64,000 nucleotides of DNA from Candidatus Multivoradales bacterium (GTDB lineage Bacteria; Acidobacteriota; Thermoanaerobaculia; Multivoradales; JAHEKO01), in the NCBI GenBank assembly GCA_965223155.1, contig CBDCVR010000014.1, positions 352,001 through 416,000 of the forward strand. Direction: 5' to 3'. The notes beneath the pieces are model-generated. The model was given only the letters and a program-made list of their open reading frames with translations. It had not been told where the DNA came from and did not search any database. The position numbers were made by a program, and so were the translations under genes. Below, one piece after another: positions 26,605 through 36,169 of this stretch (within the stretch, counting starts at the first letter, position 1; every line of letters begins with the position of its first letter).

Positions 26605-27211
26605 GCTCGCGCTGGTACTTCTCTTTCCAGGCCTTGAAGATGGCTTCCTTTCTGTCGCGATCTTCCGGAGGGGTGTTCGCGAGATCTTCTTTCCACAACC
26701 TCTCGTACTCGTCGAGAGTTACGTCCACGCCCTTCGCTTTCCGAAAGAGGCGCTCAGCGTCGCTCAAGTTGGACTCACTGGATTGGGCCTGGGCTTGCGA
26801 CCGACCCTTCTTGTCCAGTTCAAGCTGCTCCAGCTCCCGTCGCCGCCGTTCGACGGCGATCTTGTGGTCTAACTGAGACAGCTCGAAATCCTGACCCTTT
26901 TTCTGTTGGCGGATTACCCAGTCGTCGACCTTGTCCTTGTTGGCGGCGTAGGCAGCAACACCGGCGAGCGCTATGAGCGCCTCTCCACCTGAAAGGCCAT
27001 CCTTCTCCTGGACCCGGAGGTCCGCCGCCTCGCGGCCCTGTCGCCTGGCGTAGGTTGGTCGGGAGGGAGGACGCTGTCGGATGGTGGTGGCCTTGCGCTG
27101 GGGCTTGAAGAAGAAATAGAGAGGCAAAACCACGAAGACAAGAACCAAGAGGACTACCGGCGTGACAACCCAGTAGTTGAGTGAGCTCAACCATTCCAAC
27201 GTGTTTGACAA
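26594..27211 (-). CDS. Membrane-anchored coiled-coil hypothetical protein
   Basis: N-terminal TM segment YWVVTPVVLLVLVFVVLPLYFFF; overlaps the coupling-protein start. Confidence 0.7.
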   Translation of the reverse strand: MSNTLEWLSSLNYWVVTPVVLLVLVFVVLPLYFFFKPQRKATTIRQRPPSRPTYARRQGREAADLRVQEKDGLSGGEALIALAGVAAYAANKDKVDDWVIRQQKKGQDFELSQLDHKIAVERRRRELEQLELDKKGRSQAQAQSSESNLSDAERLFRKAKGVDVTLDEYERLWKEDLANTPPEDRDRKEAIFKAWKEKYQREHGS

Positions 27212-27360
27212 GCCTAACCCCCTGATTTACTGTGACTTACAGATACTCGCCATAGAGCTAGTGGCTTCCGAGCCTCTCCCTAGTGGGGATCAGCCAGCAG
27301 CGCCTGAGCCATGTGCTGGGGCCCTGCAGAACCTGATTTTCCCACGAAAGGGGGTAAAGC

Positions 27361-27702
27361 ATGAAGGAAACCACCGTATCTGCTGAGCTGAGGGGCGAGA
27401 TCGCCGCCGTTGTCGGCCGGCTATTCTCCACCCAGTCGATGCTGAGTACAGCTCTGGACTTCCTGGAGGCTCGCCGAGAGAGTCCTTCCGTCACCAAGGA
27501 GGACCGTGATCTCGATTCCAAGTTCGTCGCCTTGCTCCGCAAACACGCCCTGCCGAGCGGTGTTGAGTGGGACGACCCGTTCATGCGGGAGTTGTCGCGG
27601 GCAATGACCGCGGTCCAGACGCAGGACCGTCTAGCTCGCAGAATTCGAGGGTTCCGGGAGGAACATCGAGATGTCGCTCCCCAACTCGAAGCAATTGGCT
27701 GA
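27361..27702 (+). CDS. Hypothetical protein
   Basis: 113-aa ORF with purine-rich RBS, fills the gap between minus-strand genes. Confidence 0.55.
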   Translation: MKETTVSAELRGEIAAVVGRLFSTQSMLSTALDFLEARRESPSVTKEDRDLDSKFVALLRKHALPSGVEWDDPFMRELSRAMTAVQTQDRLARRIRGFREEHRDVAPQLEAIG

Positions 27703-27728
27703 ATCGGCCAGTACACACCGAGCCCGTC

Positions 27729-29015
27729 CTAGTGGACGGGCTTTTCTTGATTACCGAGCCAGCGTTTGATCCTGTGCTCTACAGAGCGACGAGAACTTGC
27801 ATGTCGTCGCCTCGAGAGATGAACCAGCCGTCGACGGTTCCCGACAGTTGAGTACGCGGTAGGCGGAAGGGTCTCAGCCGAGAAGGGCTGGAGGGTCTCT
27901 CCGTCAACCATCAACCGAACCCAGATACGGTACTTCCCGAGCTCGACAAGACTCCGGGCCGGAACCGGGAGCTCCTTCTCGAGAATCTCGGCATCCCGTG
28001 CTCCCACTCCGAAGACCAGCAAGGTCCCTACGTTTCCGAGCACTGCTTGCCTTAGATCCGGATCTAGCTGCTCGAGGTACTGATGTCCCAGAAACAGGGA
28101 TAGGCGGTACTTTCGAGCCTCGGAGAGGATTGAAACGAAGGCGTCCGTCCCAAAGCTCTGAAACTCGTCGACGTAGCAGTAGAAGTCGCGTCTGTCGTTC
28201 TCTGGAAGCTTGGCCCGGCGCATGGTGGCAACGTGAATCTGGGATACGAGGAGCGATCCAAGGAGGTTGGTGTTGTCTTCGCCGAGTCGGCCGATGGACA
28301 GGTTTGCTATCAGAATGCGTCCCTCGTTCATGATCTGCTCGATATCCACCGTACTCCGGACCTGGCCGAGGATGTTCCGAAGCATCGGTGTCGCCAGGTA
28401 CCGCCCGAGCTTGTTCTGAACGGGGGCGAGCACCTCAGCACGGAAGCGGTCACTGTAGGCGGCGAACTCCTCCTCCCAGAAGACACGAAGCACAGGGTCC
28501 GTAACGCGGCGGATGAGGCGGTCTCTGAAGTCCGCCTCACTGAGCAAGCGGTAGACGCCGAGCAATGAGTGGTTACCCTCAAGCACCACAGTCTGTAGAG
28601 CGTTCGAGAGCACGTACTCGAGGCGGGGGCCCCAGGAGTCTCGCCAGAGGTGTTTGAACGCAGAGAGGACCCCAGAGATGACCAAGTGGTGCTCCTCAGC
28701 ATCGGGGGAGGCCAGGACGTTCAAACCAGATGGGTGCCGCAAGTCCGCTGGGTTGAAGTAGACAACATCATCGTGTCGATCCTCCGGAATTCGATCGAGC
28801 ACCTCCTCGGCGAGATCGCCGTGCGGGTCGATCAGCGCAACACCCGCGCCTGACGCAATGTCTTGAAGAACCGCGTTTTTGATGAGGGTCGATTTCCCCA
28901 TACCGGTGCGGCCTACCGTGTAGCAGTGATGCCGTCGGTCCGCATGAGAAAGACCGAACACCGGAGAGGTGCCGCGTTGGACGGTATGGGTGCCGAGGAC
29001 GACGTGGTCTTTCAT
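27729..29015 (-). CDS. VirD4/TrwB-like coupling-protein ATPase (copy 2)
   Basis: HCYTVGRTGMGKST, LIDPHGDL, SWGPRLEY, FYCYVDEFQSF, ILSEARKYRLSL.LGHQY..QL; start set at MKDHVVLG. Confidence 0.88.
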   Translation of the reverse strand: MKDHVVLGTHTVQRGTSPVFGLSHADRRHHCYTVGRTGMGKSTLIKNAVLQDIASGAGVALIDPHGDLAEEVLDRIPEDRHDDVVYFNPADLRHPSGLNVLASPDAEEHHLVISGVLSAFKHLWRDSWGPRLEYVLSNALQTVVLEGNHSLLGVYRLLSEADFRDRLIRRVTDPVLRVFWEEEFAAYSDRFRAEVLAPVQNKLGRYLATPMLRNILGQVRSTVDIEQIMNEGRILIANLSIGRLGEDNTNLLGSLLVSQIHVATMRRAKLPENDRRDFYCYVDEFQSFGTDAFVSILSEARKYRLSLFLGHQYLEQLDPDLRQAVLGNVGTLLVFGVGARDAEILEKELPVPARSLVELGKYRIWVRLMVDGETLQPFSAETLPPTAYSTVGNRRRLVHLSRRRHASSRRSVEHRIKRWLGNQEKPVH

Positions 29016-29249
29016 GGTTCCAGGGGAGGCTCCTGTTGCCATCCCATGCACCTCTAAAGGCGAGAGGGGACATCGCTCCACGATCTCGTCTGCTACCCCC
29101 TCGGGGCAGAAAAGAGCGCACGATTTGCCGGCACAGAACGGTTATGGCTGACCCACGGCCGGTAGGGAAACAGGAGCCTCCTTTGGAACTAGAGGTCTGA
29201 CACTCAGTATGCGGGAGCCAGTACTGAAGAGCCAGTGGATAGCCGCTCA

Positions 29250-29690
29250 GGAGCCCGCCAGCCACCCCGGTAGGGCGAGCCATTGCTGGCGGGCTCCAGC
29301 TGCAGACGCTGGGTCAAGAAGAAGCCCAAACAAGTGGCGGCCAGATCTGGCCGTCAAAGGTCGCCACCTTTGGTGGCGCTCAAACACGTATTCCCTCGCA
29401 ACGCGAGGAAACGTGCTGGTAGTTCCCCCCATCGTCGGAGGCGGCGATAGCCGCCGAACCGCGTAGCGGCCGACTCCGGTCTTTTCGGCTGAGGCTCCGG
29501 CGATTCCGCCGGTGCCGAATGCCCCAGCGATAGCGCAGCCGAGCAAGAGAAATTTCTCGTCGCGAGGGAAAAGGCCGGAGTCGGGCGCAAGCCCGACGAT
29601 GGGGGGAACCAGGAAGACGCTGTAATTGCTGGCGATATGCCATCTCAGCGTCAACTCGCACCCCCTCTTATCATGTAAGAGGGGGTTTAA
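29250..29690. other. Hairpin-dense non-coding region (candidate single-strand origin / oriT / structured RNA)
   Basis: Many perfect or near-perfect inverted repeats, some nested (see findings). Confidence 0.7.
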
Positions 29691-29736
29691 GAGCAGTCCA
29701 AAAGGGCCTTAAGTCCTTTATAATCAACAGTTTGCC

Positions 29737-29765
29737 TTGACATTTCTTGATTCCTGTCCTACTTT
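29737..29765 (+). promoter_or_regulatory. Sigma70-like promoter for the excisionase-like gene
   Basis: TTGACA-17 bp-TACTTT. Confidence 0.65.
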
Positions 29766-29816
29766 CCGCATTCCATAGCGACTCGTGGCAATGACCGACC
29801 ACAGAAAGGAGCGCTG

Positions 29817-30053
29817 ATGCGGACGACATTGGACTTTCAAAACCTTCGGAGCGTTCGGCAGATCGTCGACGCTTCGCGCCCGGCAGGACCGGATTCCGAA
29901 CCCGCTATCACCGAGGGTAGCCTTCGCTGGCTAATCTTCAACGCCCAAGAAAACGGTCTGGATCAGGCCCTGGTTCGGGTCGGAAGACGCGTCCTTATCG
30001 ACCTCGACGCATTCAACGACTGGCTCGAAAGCCAGCGCGCCCGGCCCGTCTAG
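29817..30053 (+). CDS. AlpA/excisionase-like DNA-binding protein
   Basis: SVRQIV...ITEGSLRWLIFNA.ENGL...RVGRRVLIDLDAFNDWLE; RBS AAAGGAG. Confidence 0.8.
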   Translation: MRTTLDFQNLRSVRQIVDASRPAGPDSEPAITEGSLRWLIFNAQENGLDQALVRVGRRVLIDLDAFNDWLESQRARPV

Positions 30054-30329
30054 CCGGACCACCCAGTTCACAGCAGAAGAGGGGAACTTCCGCGTCGGTG
30101 GTGACCAAGCTCAGGGTCGTGGCTGTCCAACACCGACATGAAGACGTCAATATCGACATCTCACCGACATGGAAATGTCGGCCAGGGGACTAACAACGCC
30201 AGCGTCGCACAATATCTGTTTCGCGACGGTCACGGGCAAGTAACCGACTTCATCGTCGAGGCGCTCTGCGGATACTAGCTCGCGGTCTTGTAGTTCAAAC
30301 GAGCGCGGACCGCGCTCGTTTGTAGATCG

Positions 30330-31376
30330 CTAGAGCTTCATGATGTAGACGACTTTCACGTACGGCGGGAGGATCTCATACGATCGAACGTCGCGTGTTC
30401 CTCGGATGAAGAACTGATATCCGTGATGGATGTCATCGTCGCGGGCAGGGCCAGCCTCATAGCTCGCCTTGCCGCCGGCATCACCTACCTCCTCGATAGT
30501 GACTGTCCCCCTAAGAAACCGGTCTCGTAGATCTGGCGTGCCGTTGGCCCCGTCGCAGATCGCCCAACCAGCAGGTATGTCACCAGCTGTCCAGTACCAC
30601 GGAATGATGGCACCCTGGGGCAAAGAAAGTGCTAGGCGAATCTCATCGGCAGTCTGAGGGCTAAAGCGTCTTAGCGGCGGTAGATTCAGATCCAGTCCAC
30701 CCTCGTTGGTGTCAATGCCGATCTCGGCACGGTCGTATTCTGCGTCGACGCCTGGCGCGGGCGCTACGCGACGCTTTCGGGCACATCGAATGTTGACTTG
30801 ACCGACGTCTACTTTGATGTCGATTCTTGCGCCTGAACTGGCCTCCTCGCCGTCGACGGAACATCTCGCGAATCCGTCGTTGAACGTGAGTGTCTTCAGA
30901 ACAACATCTGCGTTGCCCGTTCGCCGAACTGAGAAACCCAGGAGTTCGCCATCTAGATCACCGATTGAAAGCTCTACTTTTCGGTCGCTGAGACTCTGAC
31001 ACTGGTTCCACGCCTGCAGCGCGTCGACGGACAGCAGACTCAGCCGAGCCGCGTCCATTTCCTTCCCCTGAGACTGGTCGGCCTGTCTCTGGCAGAACTC
31101 GTCCTTGTCCTTTTGACTGCCAAACCAACTGCCAGCGATGCCTAGTGGTACTGACTGCAACCCTACCTGCCCATCATGGGAGAAAGACCAAGAGTTGTCC
31201 TTCTTTCTGCAGTAGCGATGGAAGACGAGATTGTTCCATTCCTTTTGAGATACAGAAGACCATTCGTTGCGTATGCCATGAGTGAGAAGAGCGTTGCAGT
31301 GCTCTTGAGCAGTAGCCGTAGGTGGTTGAAATGAGCTGCAGAGCAGCGCCAAGAAGGCAGTCGTTCGGAATCGCAT
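30330..31376 (-). CDS. Secreted protein with C-terminal phage tail-collar-like domain
   Basis: Signal peptide MRFRTTAFLALLCSSFQPPTATA; LPQGAIIPW...IPAGWAICDGANGTPDLRDRFLRG...LPPYVKVVYIMKL. Confidence 0.75.
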   Translation of the reverse strand: MRFRTTAFLALLCSSFQPPTATAQEHCNALLTHGIRNEWSSVSQKEWNNLVFHRYCRKKDNSWSFSHDGQVGLQSVPLGIAGSWFGSQKDKDEFCQRQADQSQGKEMDAARLSLLSVDALQAWNQCQSLSDRKVELSIGDLDGELLGFSVRRTGNADVVLKTLTFNDGFARCSVDGEEASSGARIDIKVDVGQVNIRCARKRRVAPAPGVDAEYDRAEIGIDTNEGGLDLNLPPLRRFSPQTADEIRLALSLPQGAIIPWYWTAGDIPAGWAICDGANGTPDLRDRFLRGTVTIEEVGDAGGKASYEAGPARDDDIHHGYQFFIRGTRDVRSYEILPPYVKVVYIMKL

Positions 31377-31506
31377 TCGAAACCCTCCCCTAGCGTGGAC
31401 GTTTGGAAACTCGGGGAATATATCGCAGACCGCATCTCTCGGCACCTTCAAGGAGAGGCCGAGTCAGGCGGACTGCGGTCCGGCCCTAGCGCAGAAGACG
31501 GCCGCC

Positions 31507-32550
31507 CTATTCGAAGATCTTGTCGTTCATGCGGGCCACGACATCGCTCGTGTGCAGCTCGCTCAGGTGTGAGTACCGCTTGACCATCGCCAGGGTCTTG
31601 TGCCCCAGAATCTCGGCGATCTCGGCCAGGGTCGCGCCATTCATGGCCAGGTAGCTCGCGGCCGAGTGGCGCAGGTCATGAAAACGGAAGTTCTTAACCT
31701 TGGCCTTAGCGACCGCCGCCACCCACGGCTTCCTCGGGAAATGTGCTTGGCCCGCGTCGCCGACGAAGACCAGGTCGGATTCCAACCTGCGGACCTTCCG
31801 AAAGTCCTGGAGAGTCGCCCTCGCATGGCCTTGCAGCGGGAGAGCTCGGCGCTCACCGTTCTTCGTGTCGTGGACCACCGCTGAGCCCCGAGCAAGGTCG
31901 ACATCCTTCCATCGCAGGCTCATTAGCTCGCCCTGCCGAGCACCGGTTGAGATCGCCAGGACGACTAGCGGGTAGAGCCGCCGGTCGCGGCTGTCTCGGC
32001 ACGCGTCAAGGAGACGCTTGCGCTCTTTGTCGGACAGGAATCTCACCCTTCCCCTTGCTTCCTTGAGCCTGCGAACCCGCCGAACCGGGTTGTGTTCTAT
32101 CCACTCCCACTCCCGAACAGCGACGGTGAAGGCGTGGCTCAGGGTTGCGAGGTAGCGATTGACTGTAGCCGGCGCTCGCTTCCCTCCCCTGGCCAGTTCA
32201 TCCCGCCTACTCGCTATCAATCCTGGGGACACATCGGCCAGAACGAAGGCGCCGAGGGCTTCCTTCCAATACTCGAGGTGCCGCTCTTGCACCTTGGCTG
32301 TCCGCGGGCTCTTCGTCGGAACCACCTCAGCCTGGTACCGATCAAGAAGGGCCTGAAGGGTGTGCTTCCTCGCTCTGCTGGCCTTGAAGTACCTTCCCTC
32401 TCGAATTGCCGACTCAGTGTCCTGAGCCCAGCGCTTCGCGTCGGTCTTTCGACGGAAAGTCGCCGACTCCGGCGGGCGCCCCTTCAGCCGAACTAGCACG
32501 CGGTAGCGGACCTTGCCCGACTGTGTGACTCTCCGCTCGATGGTAGCCAT
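31507..32550 (-). CDS. int: Tyrosine recombinase / integrase
   Basis: TGARQGEL (R), TKNG (K), FHDLRHSAAS (HxxR), LGHKT..MVKRYSH (H, Y); next to the tRNA att site. Confidence 0.96.
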   Translation of the reverse strand: MATIERRVTQSGKVRYRVLVRLKGRPPESATFRRKTDAKRWAQDTESAIREGRYFKASRARKHTLQALLDRYQAEVVPTKSPRTAKVQERHLEYWKEALGAFVLADVSPGLIASRRDELARGGKRAPATVNRYLATLSHAFTVAVREWEWIEHNPVRRVRRLKEARGRVRFLSDKERKRLLDACRDSRDRRLYPLVVLAISTGARQGELMSLRWKDVDLARGSAVVHDTKNGERRALPLQGHARATLQDFRKVRRLESDLVFVGDAGQAHFPRKPWVAAVAKAKVKNFRFHDLRHSAASYLAMNGATLAEIAEILGHKTLAMVKRYSHLSELHTSDVVARMNDKIFE

Positions 32551-32662
32551 ATCACTCGCGATCCAGTTCTCAACTGTACCACGAGTGCACCATCAGCCCT
32601 TTTCGCCGTTGACCGGACCGGGGCCTGAGATATAGAAGTCTTTTTCTTTCAGTGCTTTACGA

Positions 32663-32738
32663 TGGTGGGCCGTGAGGGAATCGAACCCCCGACCATCAGA
32701 TTAAAAGTCTGCAGCTCTACCAACTGAGCTAACGGCCC
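32663..32738 (-). tRNA. tRNA-Lys (anticodon UUU)
   Basis: GGGCCGTTAGCTCAGTTGGTAGAGC...anticodon loop CTTTTAA...GGTTCGATTCC...CGGCCCACCA, 76 nt with encoded CCA. Confidence 0.97.
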
Positions 32739-32777
32739 GAGGCGCGGAGTATAGCGAAGGCCAGGGGCCTGAAACCG

Positions 32778-33740
32778 TCAGCCGGCGGCGCTCGAAAGGT
32801 GCTGGTCGCGGTACCAGGCGTAGGTGGTTTCGATGCCGTCGCGGAGGTCGATGCTGTGGCGCCAGCCGAGGTCGTGGAGGCGGGAGACGTCGAGGAGTTT
32901 CTGCGGCATGCCGTCGGGTTTCGACGGGTCGAAGACGATCTCGAGGCCGGGGGCGACGACATCGCGCAGGGTCTCGGCCAGCTCGCGGATGGTGAGGTCG
33001 GAGCCGGTGCCGACGTTGACGTGGAGATCGTCGTCGTAGCGACGCATGAGAAAGAGGCAAGCGTCGGCCAGGTCGTCAACGTGCAAGAACTCGCGCCTCG
33101 GGGTGCCGCTTCCCCAGACGACGACCTCGGAGCGCCCGGCTTCGCGCGCTTCGTGGAACTTCCGCATCAGGGCCGGCAAGACGTGGGCTTCCTCGAGGTC
33201 GAAATTGTCGCCCGGGCCGTAGAGGTTGGTGGGCATGGCCGAGATGAAGTCGCAGCCGTACTGCCGGCGGTAGGCCTGGCAGAGCTTGATGCCAGCGATC
33301 TTGGCGACGGCGTAGGGCTCGTTGGTGGGCTCGAGCGGACCGGTCAGGAGCACGCCTTCGGACATCGGCTGCGGGCTCTCCCGCGGATAGATGCAGGAGC
33401 TCCCCAGGTAGAGCAAGCGCTTGACCGGATGAGCGTGGGCGGCATGAACCACGGTGGCATGGATCATCAGGTTGTCGTACAGGAACTCGGCGGGGCGCGT
33501 TGAGTTGGCCAGGATGCCGCCGACCGTGCCCGCCGCCAGGAAGACGTAGTCGGGCCGGTTGGCCCGGAACCAGGCGTTGACCGCAGCCTGGTCGCGGAGA
33601 TCCAGCTCGTCGCGACCGGCCGTCAAGAGGCTGGTGAAGCCCTCGGCCTCGAGGCGGCGCACGATGGCCGAGCCCACCAGGCCTCGGTGTCCGGCGACGT
33701 AGATCTTGGAGTCCGGTTCCGGAACCGGGATCGGTGCCAT
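32778..33740 (-). CDS. fcl: GDP-L-fucose synthase
   Basis: [55 protein letters not shown]. Confidence 0.96.
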   Translation of the reverse strand: MAPIPVPEPDSKIYVAGHRGLVGSAIVRRLEAEGFTSLLTAGRDELDLRDQAAVNAWFRANRPDYVFLAAGTVGGILANSTRPAEFLYDNLMIHATVVHAAHAHPVKRLLYLGSSCIYPRESPQPMSEGVLLTGPLEPTNEPYAVAKIAGIKLCQAYRRQYGCDFISAMPTNLYGPGDNFDLEEAHVLPALMRKFHEAREAGRSEVVVWGSGTPRREFLHVDDLADACLFLMRRYDDDLHVNVGTGSDLTIRELAETLRDVVAPGLEIVFDPSKPDGMPQKLLDVSRLHDLGWRHSIDLRDGIETTYAWYRDQHLSSAAG

Positions 33741-33897
33741 GTGGCGATTCTACTCGCCGCCTCGGGCATCCAGTGCTCCGGGGGCCGTTTGGATTGGGGT
33801 GGATCCGGGCCAGGTCCGAGTCAGGCCCGCGCCAGATCCGAGTCAAACCCAGCCCGGCCCGATCCAGTCGGCTTCGCTTCACCGGCTGCTCGGCCGG

Positions 33898-35199
33898 CTA
33901 GAGACGGGGCGCGAGCTCGGCCAGCCGCCCCCCGGGCCGAACGATGGTCTCTTCGCGCTTGGGGCCGGTCGAGAGGATGCCGATCTCGGTGCCGAGGGCC
34001 TCTTCCACGAACTCGACGTAGCGCCGGGCGTTCTCGGGCAGGTCCTCGTAGCCGAGACAGCCCACGGTGTCCTGGCGCCAGCCGGGCAGCGTCCGGTAGA
34101 CCGGCTGCGCGCTCGCCAGGCGGTCCAGACGGGCCGGCACTTCGGTGACCTCGTAGCCATCGATCTCGTAGCCAACGCAAACGTCGATGGTTTCGAAGGT
34201 GTCGAGGACGTCGAGTTTGGTGAGCGCGATCGAGTCCACCCCGTTGACCAGGCAGGCGTAGCGGGCGACGACCAGGTCGAGCCAGCCGCAGCGGCGCGGC
34301 CGGCCGGTGGTGGTGCCGAACTCGTTGCCGCGTTTCCGCAGAAACTCACCGGCTTCGTCTTCGAGCTCGGTGGGGAACGGCCCCTCCCCGACCCGCGTGG
34401 TGTAGGCCTTGAGAACGCCGATCGAGCCGTCGATCTTGGACGGCGGCACGCCGGAGCCGGTTGCGGCCCCGCCGGCGGTGGCGTTGGAGCTGGTGACGTA
34501 GGGATAGGTGCCGTGATCGACGTCCAGGAGCACGCCCTGGGCGCCTTCGAAAAGAACGCTCTTGCCTTCCCGAATCCAGTCGTCCAGCCGGTAGGCGGTG
34601 TTGGCGGTGAAGGGCTGGAGCCGCTCGCCCCAAGCGCGGCAAGCCGCGACCAGCCGGTCGAGCTCCTCGGTGGCCAGGGGTCTGCCGACCAGGGCGCGGC
34701 CGGCGGCGAGCTTGTCCGCGAGGTCGGGAGCTTCGAGGTCGGCAACGCGAATGCCCCGGCGGGCGACCTTGGCCTCGTAGGCCGGGCCAATGCCCTTGGC
34801 TGTGGTGCCGATCTTGCGCTCGCCGCGGGCGGCTTCCCGCTCGCGATCGCTCTCGGCATGACCGGGCAAGAGCACCTGGGCGCGGTCGGAGACCCAGAGC
34901 CGGCCGTCCGGGCGCACGCCGGCCTCGGCCAGCCGCTCGAGCTCCGCAAAGAGCGCCTCCGGGGCGATGACCATGCCGTTGCCCAGGACGCAGTGCATGT
35001 CCGGCCTCAGAATGCCCGAGGGAATCAGATGGAGCGCGAAGTGGCGCTCGCCGGTGCCGTCGGCGAACTTGACCGTGTGGCCGGCGTTGTTGCCACCCTG
35101 GAAGCGCACCACCGCGTCGAAGGCCGGACAGAGCAGATCGACGACCTTGCCCTTGCCCTCATCGCCCCACTGCATTCCGGTGACGACGACGTTGGCCAT
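33898..35199 (-). CDS. purA: Adenylosuccinate synthetase
   Basis: QWGDEGKGK, GGNNAGHT, HLIPSG, EGAQG.LLDVDHGTYPYVTSS, GTTTGRPRRCGW. Confidence 0.98.
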   Translation of the reverse strand: MANVVVTGMQWGDEGKGKVVDLLCPAFDAVVRFQGGNNAGHTVKFADGTGERHFALHLIPSGILRPDMHCVLGNGMVIAPEALFAELERLAEAGVRPDGRLWVSDRAQVLLPGHAESDREREAARGERKIGTTAKGIGPAYEAKVARRGIRVADLEAPDLADKLAAGRALVGRPLATEELDRLVAACRAWGERLQPFTANTAYRLDDWIREGKSVLFEGAQGVLLDVDHGTYPYVTSSNATAGGAATGSGVPPSKIDGSIGVLKAYTTRVGEGPFPTELEDEAGEFLRKRGNEFGTTTGRPRRCGWLDLVVARYACLVNGVDSIALTKLDVLDTFETIDVCVGYEIDGYEVTEVPARLDRLASAQPVYRTLPGWRQDTVGCLGYEDLPENARRYVEFVEEALGTEIGILSTGPKREETIVRPGGRLAELAPRL

Positions 35200-35392
35200 G
35201 AGAAGTTCCTTGGTATCGCTCGGGTCGGTGGGCGGTGGTTTCGAAACCGCGCACAAGCACCGACGGGCAATCGACTCGGATCGGTCTGGAGCCGGCGCGA
35301 TGCCGGGCCGGAACCGGCAGGCTAGCAGAGGCGAGGGGCCGGACGAAACCTGTCCCGATTCGTGGCGTAGAGTGAGATGGGAGGGTCAAGCC

Positions 35393-36091
35393 ATGAACCG
35401 ACTCGCTATTCGATCCACGATTCTTTTTTCGCCTCGCTTCGCCGCGGCTCTCGCGGCCGCGTTGACCGCCTGCGGCCTCGCCGCCCTCGCCGCGAACCCG
35501 GCCTGGGGCGCCGAACGGCGGGACATCGAACAGACCTACGACGCCAAGGAATTGACGCTGTTGCGCGTCGAGATCCCGGTGGTCGAGGTCCGCTTCACCG
35601 GCGGCTCGTCCCGCGAGGTCGAGGTCGCGATCGACGCCCGCTGCCGGCGCTCGTCCAACGACTGCGAACGCGCTCTGGAGGACTTGCACCTCGAAGAGCG
35701 GCGGCGCGGCGATCGGCTGACCCTCGAGCTCGACGGCTATCCCAAGTGGGGCAAGGGCCGCCTCGAGATCGAGGCCACGATCGCCGTTCCGGCCACAGTC
35801 GACCTGGATCTCGACGTCGGCGTGGGCGAGGTCGAGGTCGAAGGCATGCTCGGCGACATCGACGTCGAGCTGGGCGTCGGCGAGCTCGAGATCTTCACCG
35901 GCACCGAGCATCTACGCTCGATCGATCTGGACGTGGGCGTGGGCGAGGCCGAGATCTACGGCAACGCCCGTCACGTCGAGGGTCGACGCTCCTTCCTGGT
36001 AGGCAGCGAGGTCTACTGGTCGGAAGGCGAGGGCGAAAAGCGGATCACCGCCGACGTGGGCGTTGGCGAAGCCACGGTCCGCGTGGACTAG
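35393..36091 (+). CDS. Secreted DUF4097/adhesin-like beta-repeat protein
   Basis: Signal peptide; repeated D(V/L)GVGE motifs. Confidence 0.7.
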   Translation: MNRLAIRSTILFSPRFAAALAAALTACGLAALAANPAWGAERRDIEQTYDAKELTLLRVEIPVVEVRFTGGSSREVEVAIDARCRRSSNDCERALEDLHLEERRRGDRLTLELDGYPKWGKGRLEIEATIAVPATVDLDLDVGVGEVEVEGMLGDIDVELGVGELEIFTGTEHLRSIDLDVGVGEAEIYGNARHVEGRRSFLVGSEVYWSEGEGEKRITADVGVGEATVRVD

Positions 36092-36169
36092 TTCCGCCGC
36101 ACCGGGCGCAGCAGAAACCGGGCGGGGCCACCGGCTGAGCCGGCGACCCCGCCCTCCCCCACCCACGCT

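Larger units (their letters stand above)
14335..32707. mobile_element. ~18.3-kb integrative (probably mobilizable) element in tRNA-Lys(UUU)
   Basis: 45-bp direct repeats, integrase next to the tRNA, relaxase and coupling-protein-like genes, visibly lower GC than the flanks. Confidence 0.93.

Noticed and set aside
29247-29661. Short ORFs across the hairpin-dense region
   Set aside because: No RBS or recognisable motifs; the symmetry is better explained as non-coding structure.
14335-32707. Prophage or self-transmissible ICE
   Set aside because: No capsid, terminase or portal, and no VirB4/mating-pore genes; the single tail-collar domain is on a signal-peptide protein.
33790-33875. Short degenerate repeats (CCAG.TCCGAGTCA) between purA and fcl
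   Set aside because: Two or three imperfect copies in a GC-rich spacer; too weak to assign a function.
33706-35325. Long antisense ORFs (also 6018-7436, 53075-54874, 59290-60618, 61491-63026)
   Set aside because: Shadow frames of high-GC genes on the opposite strand, with no motifs.
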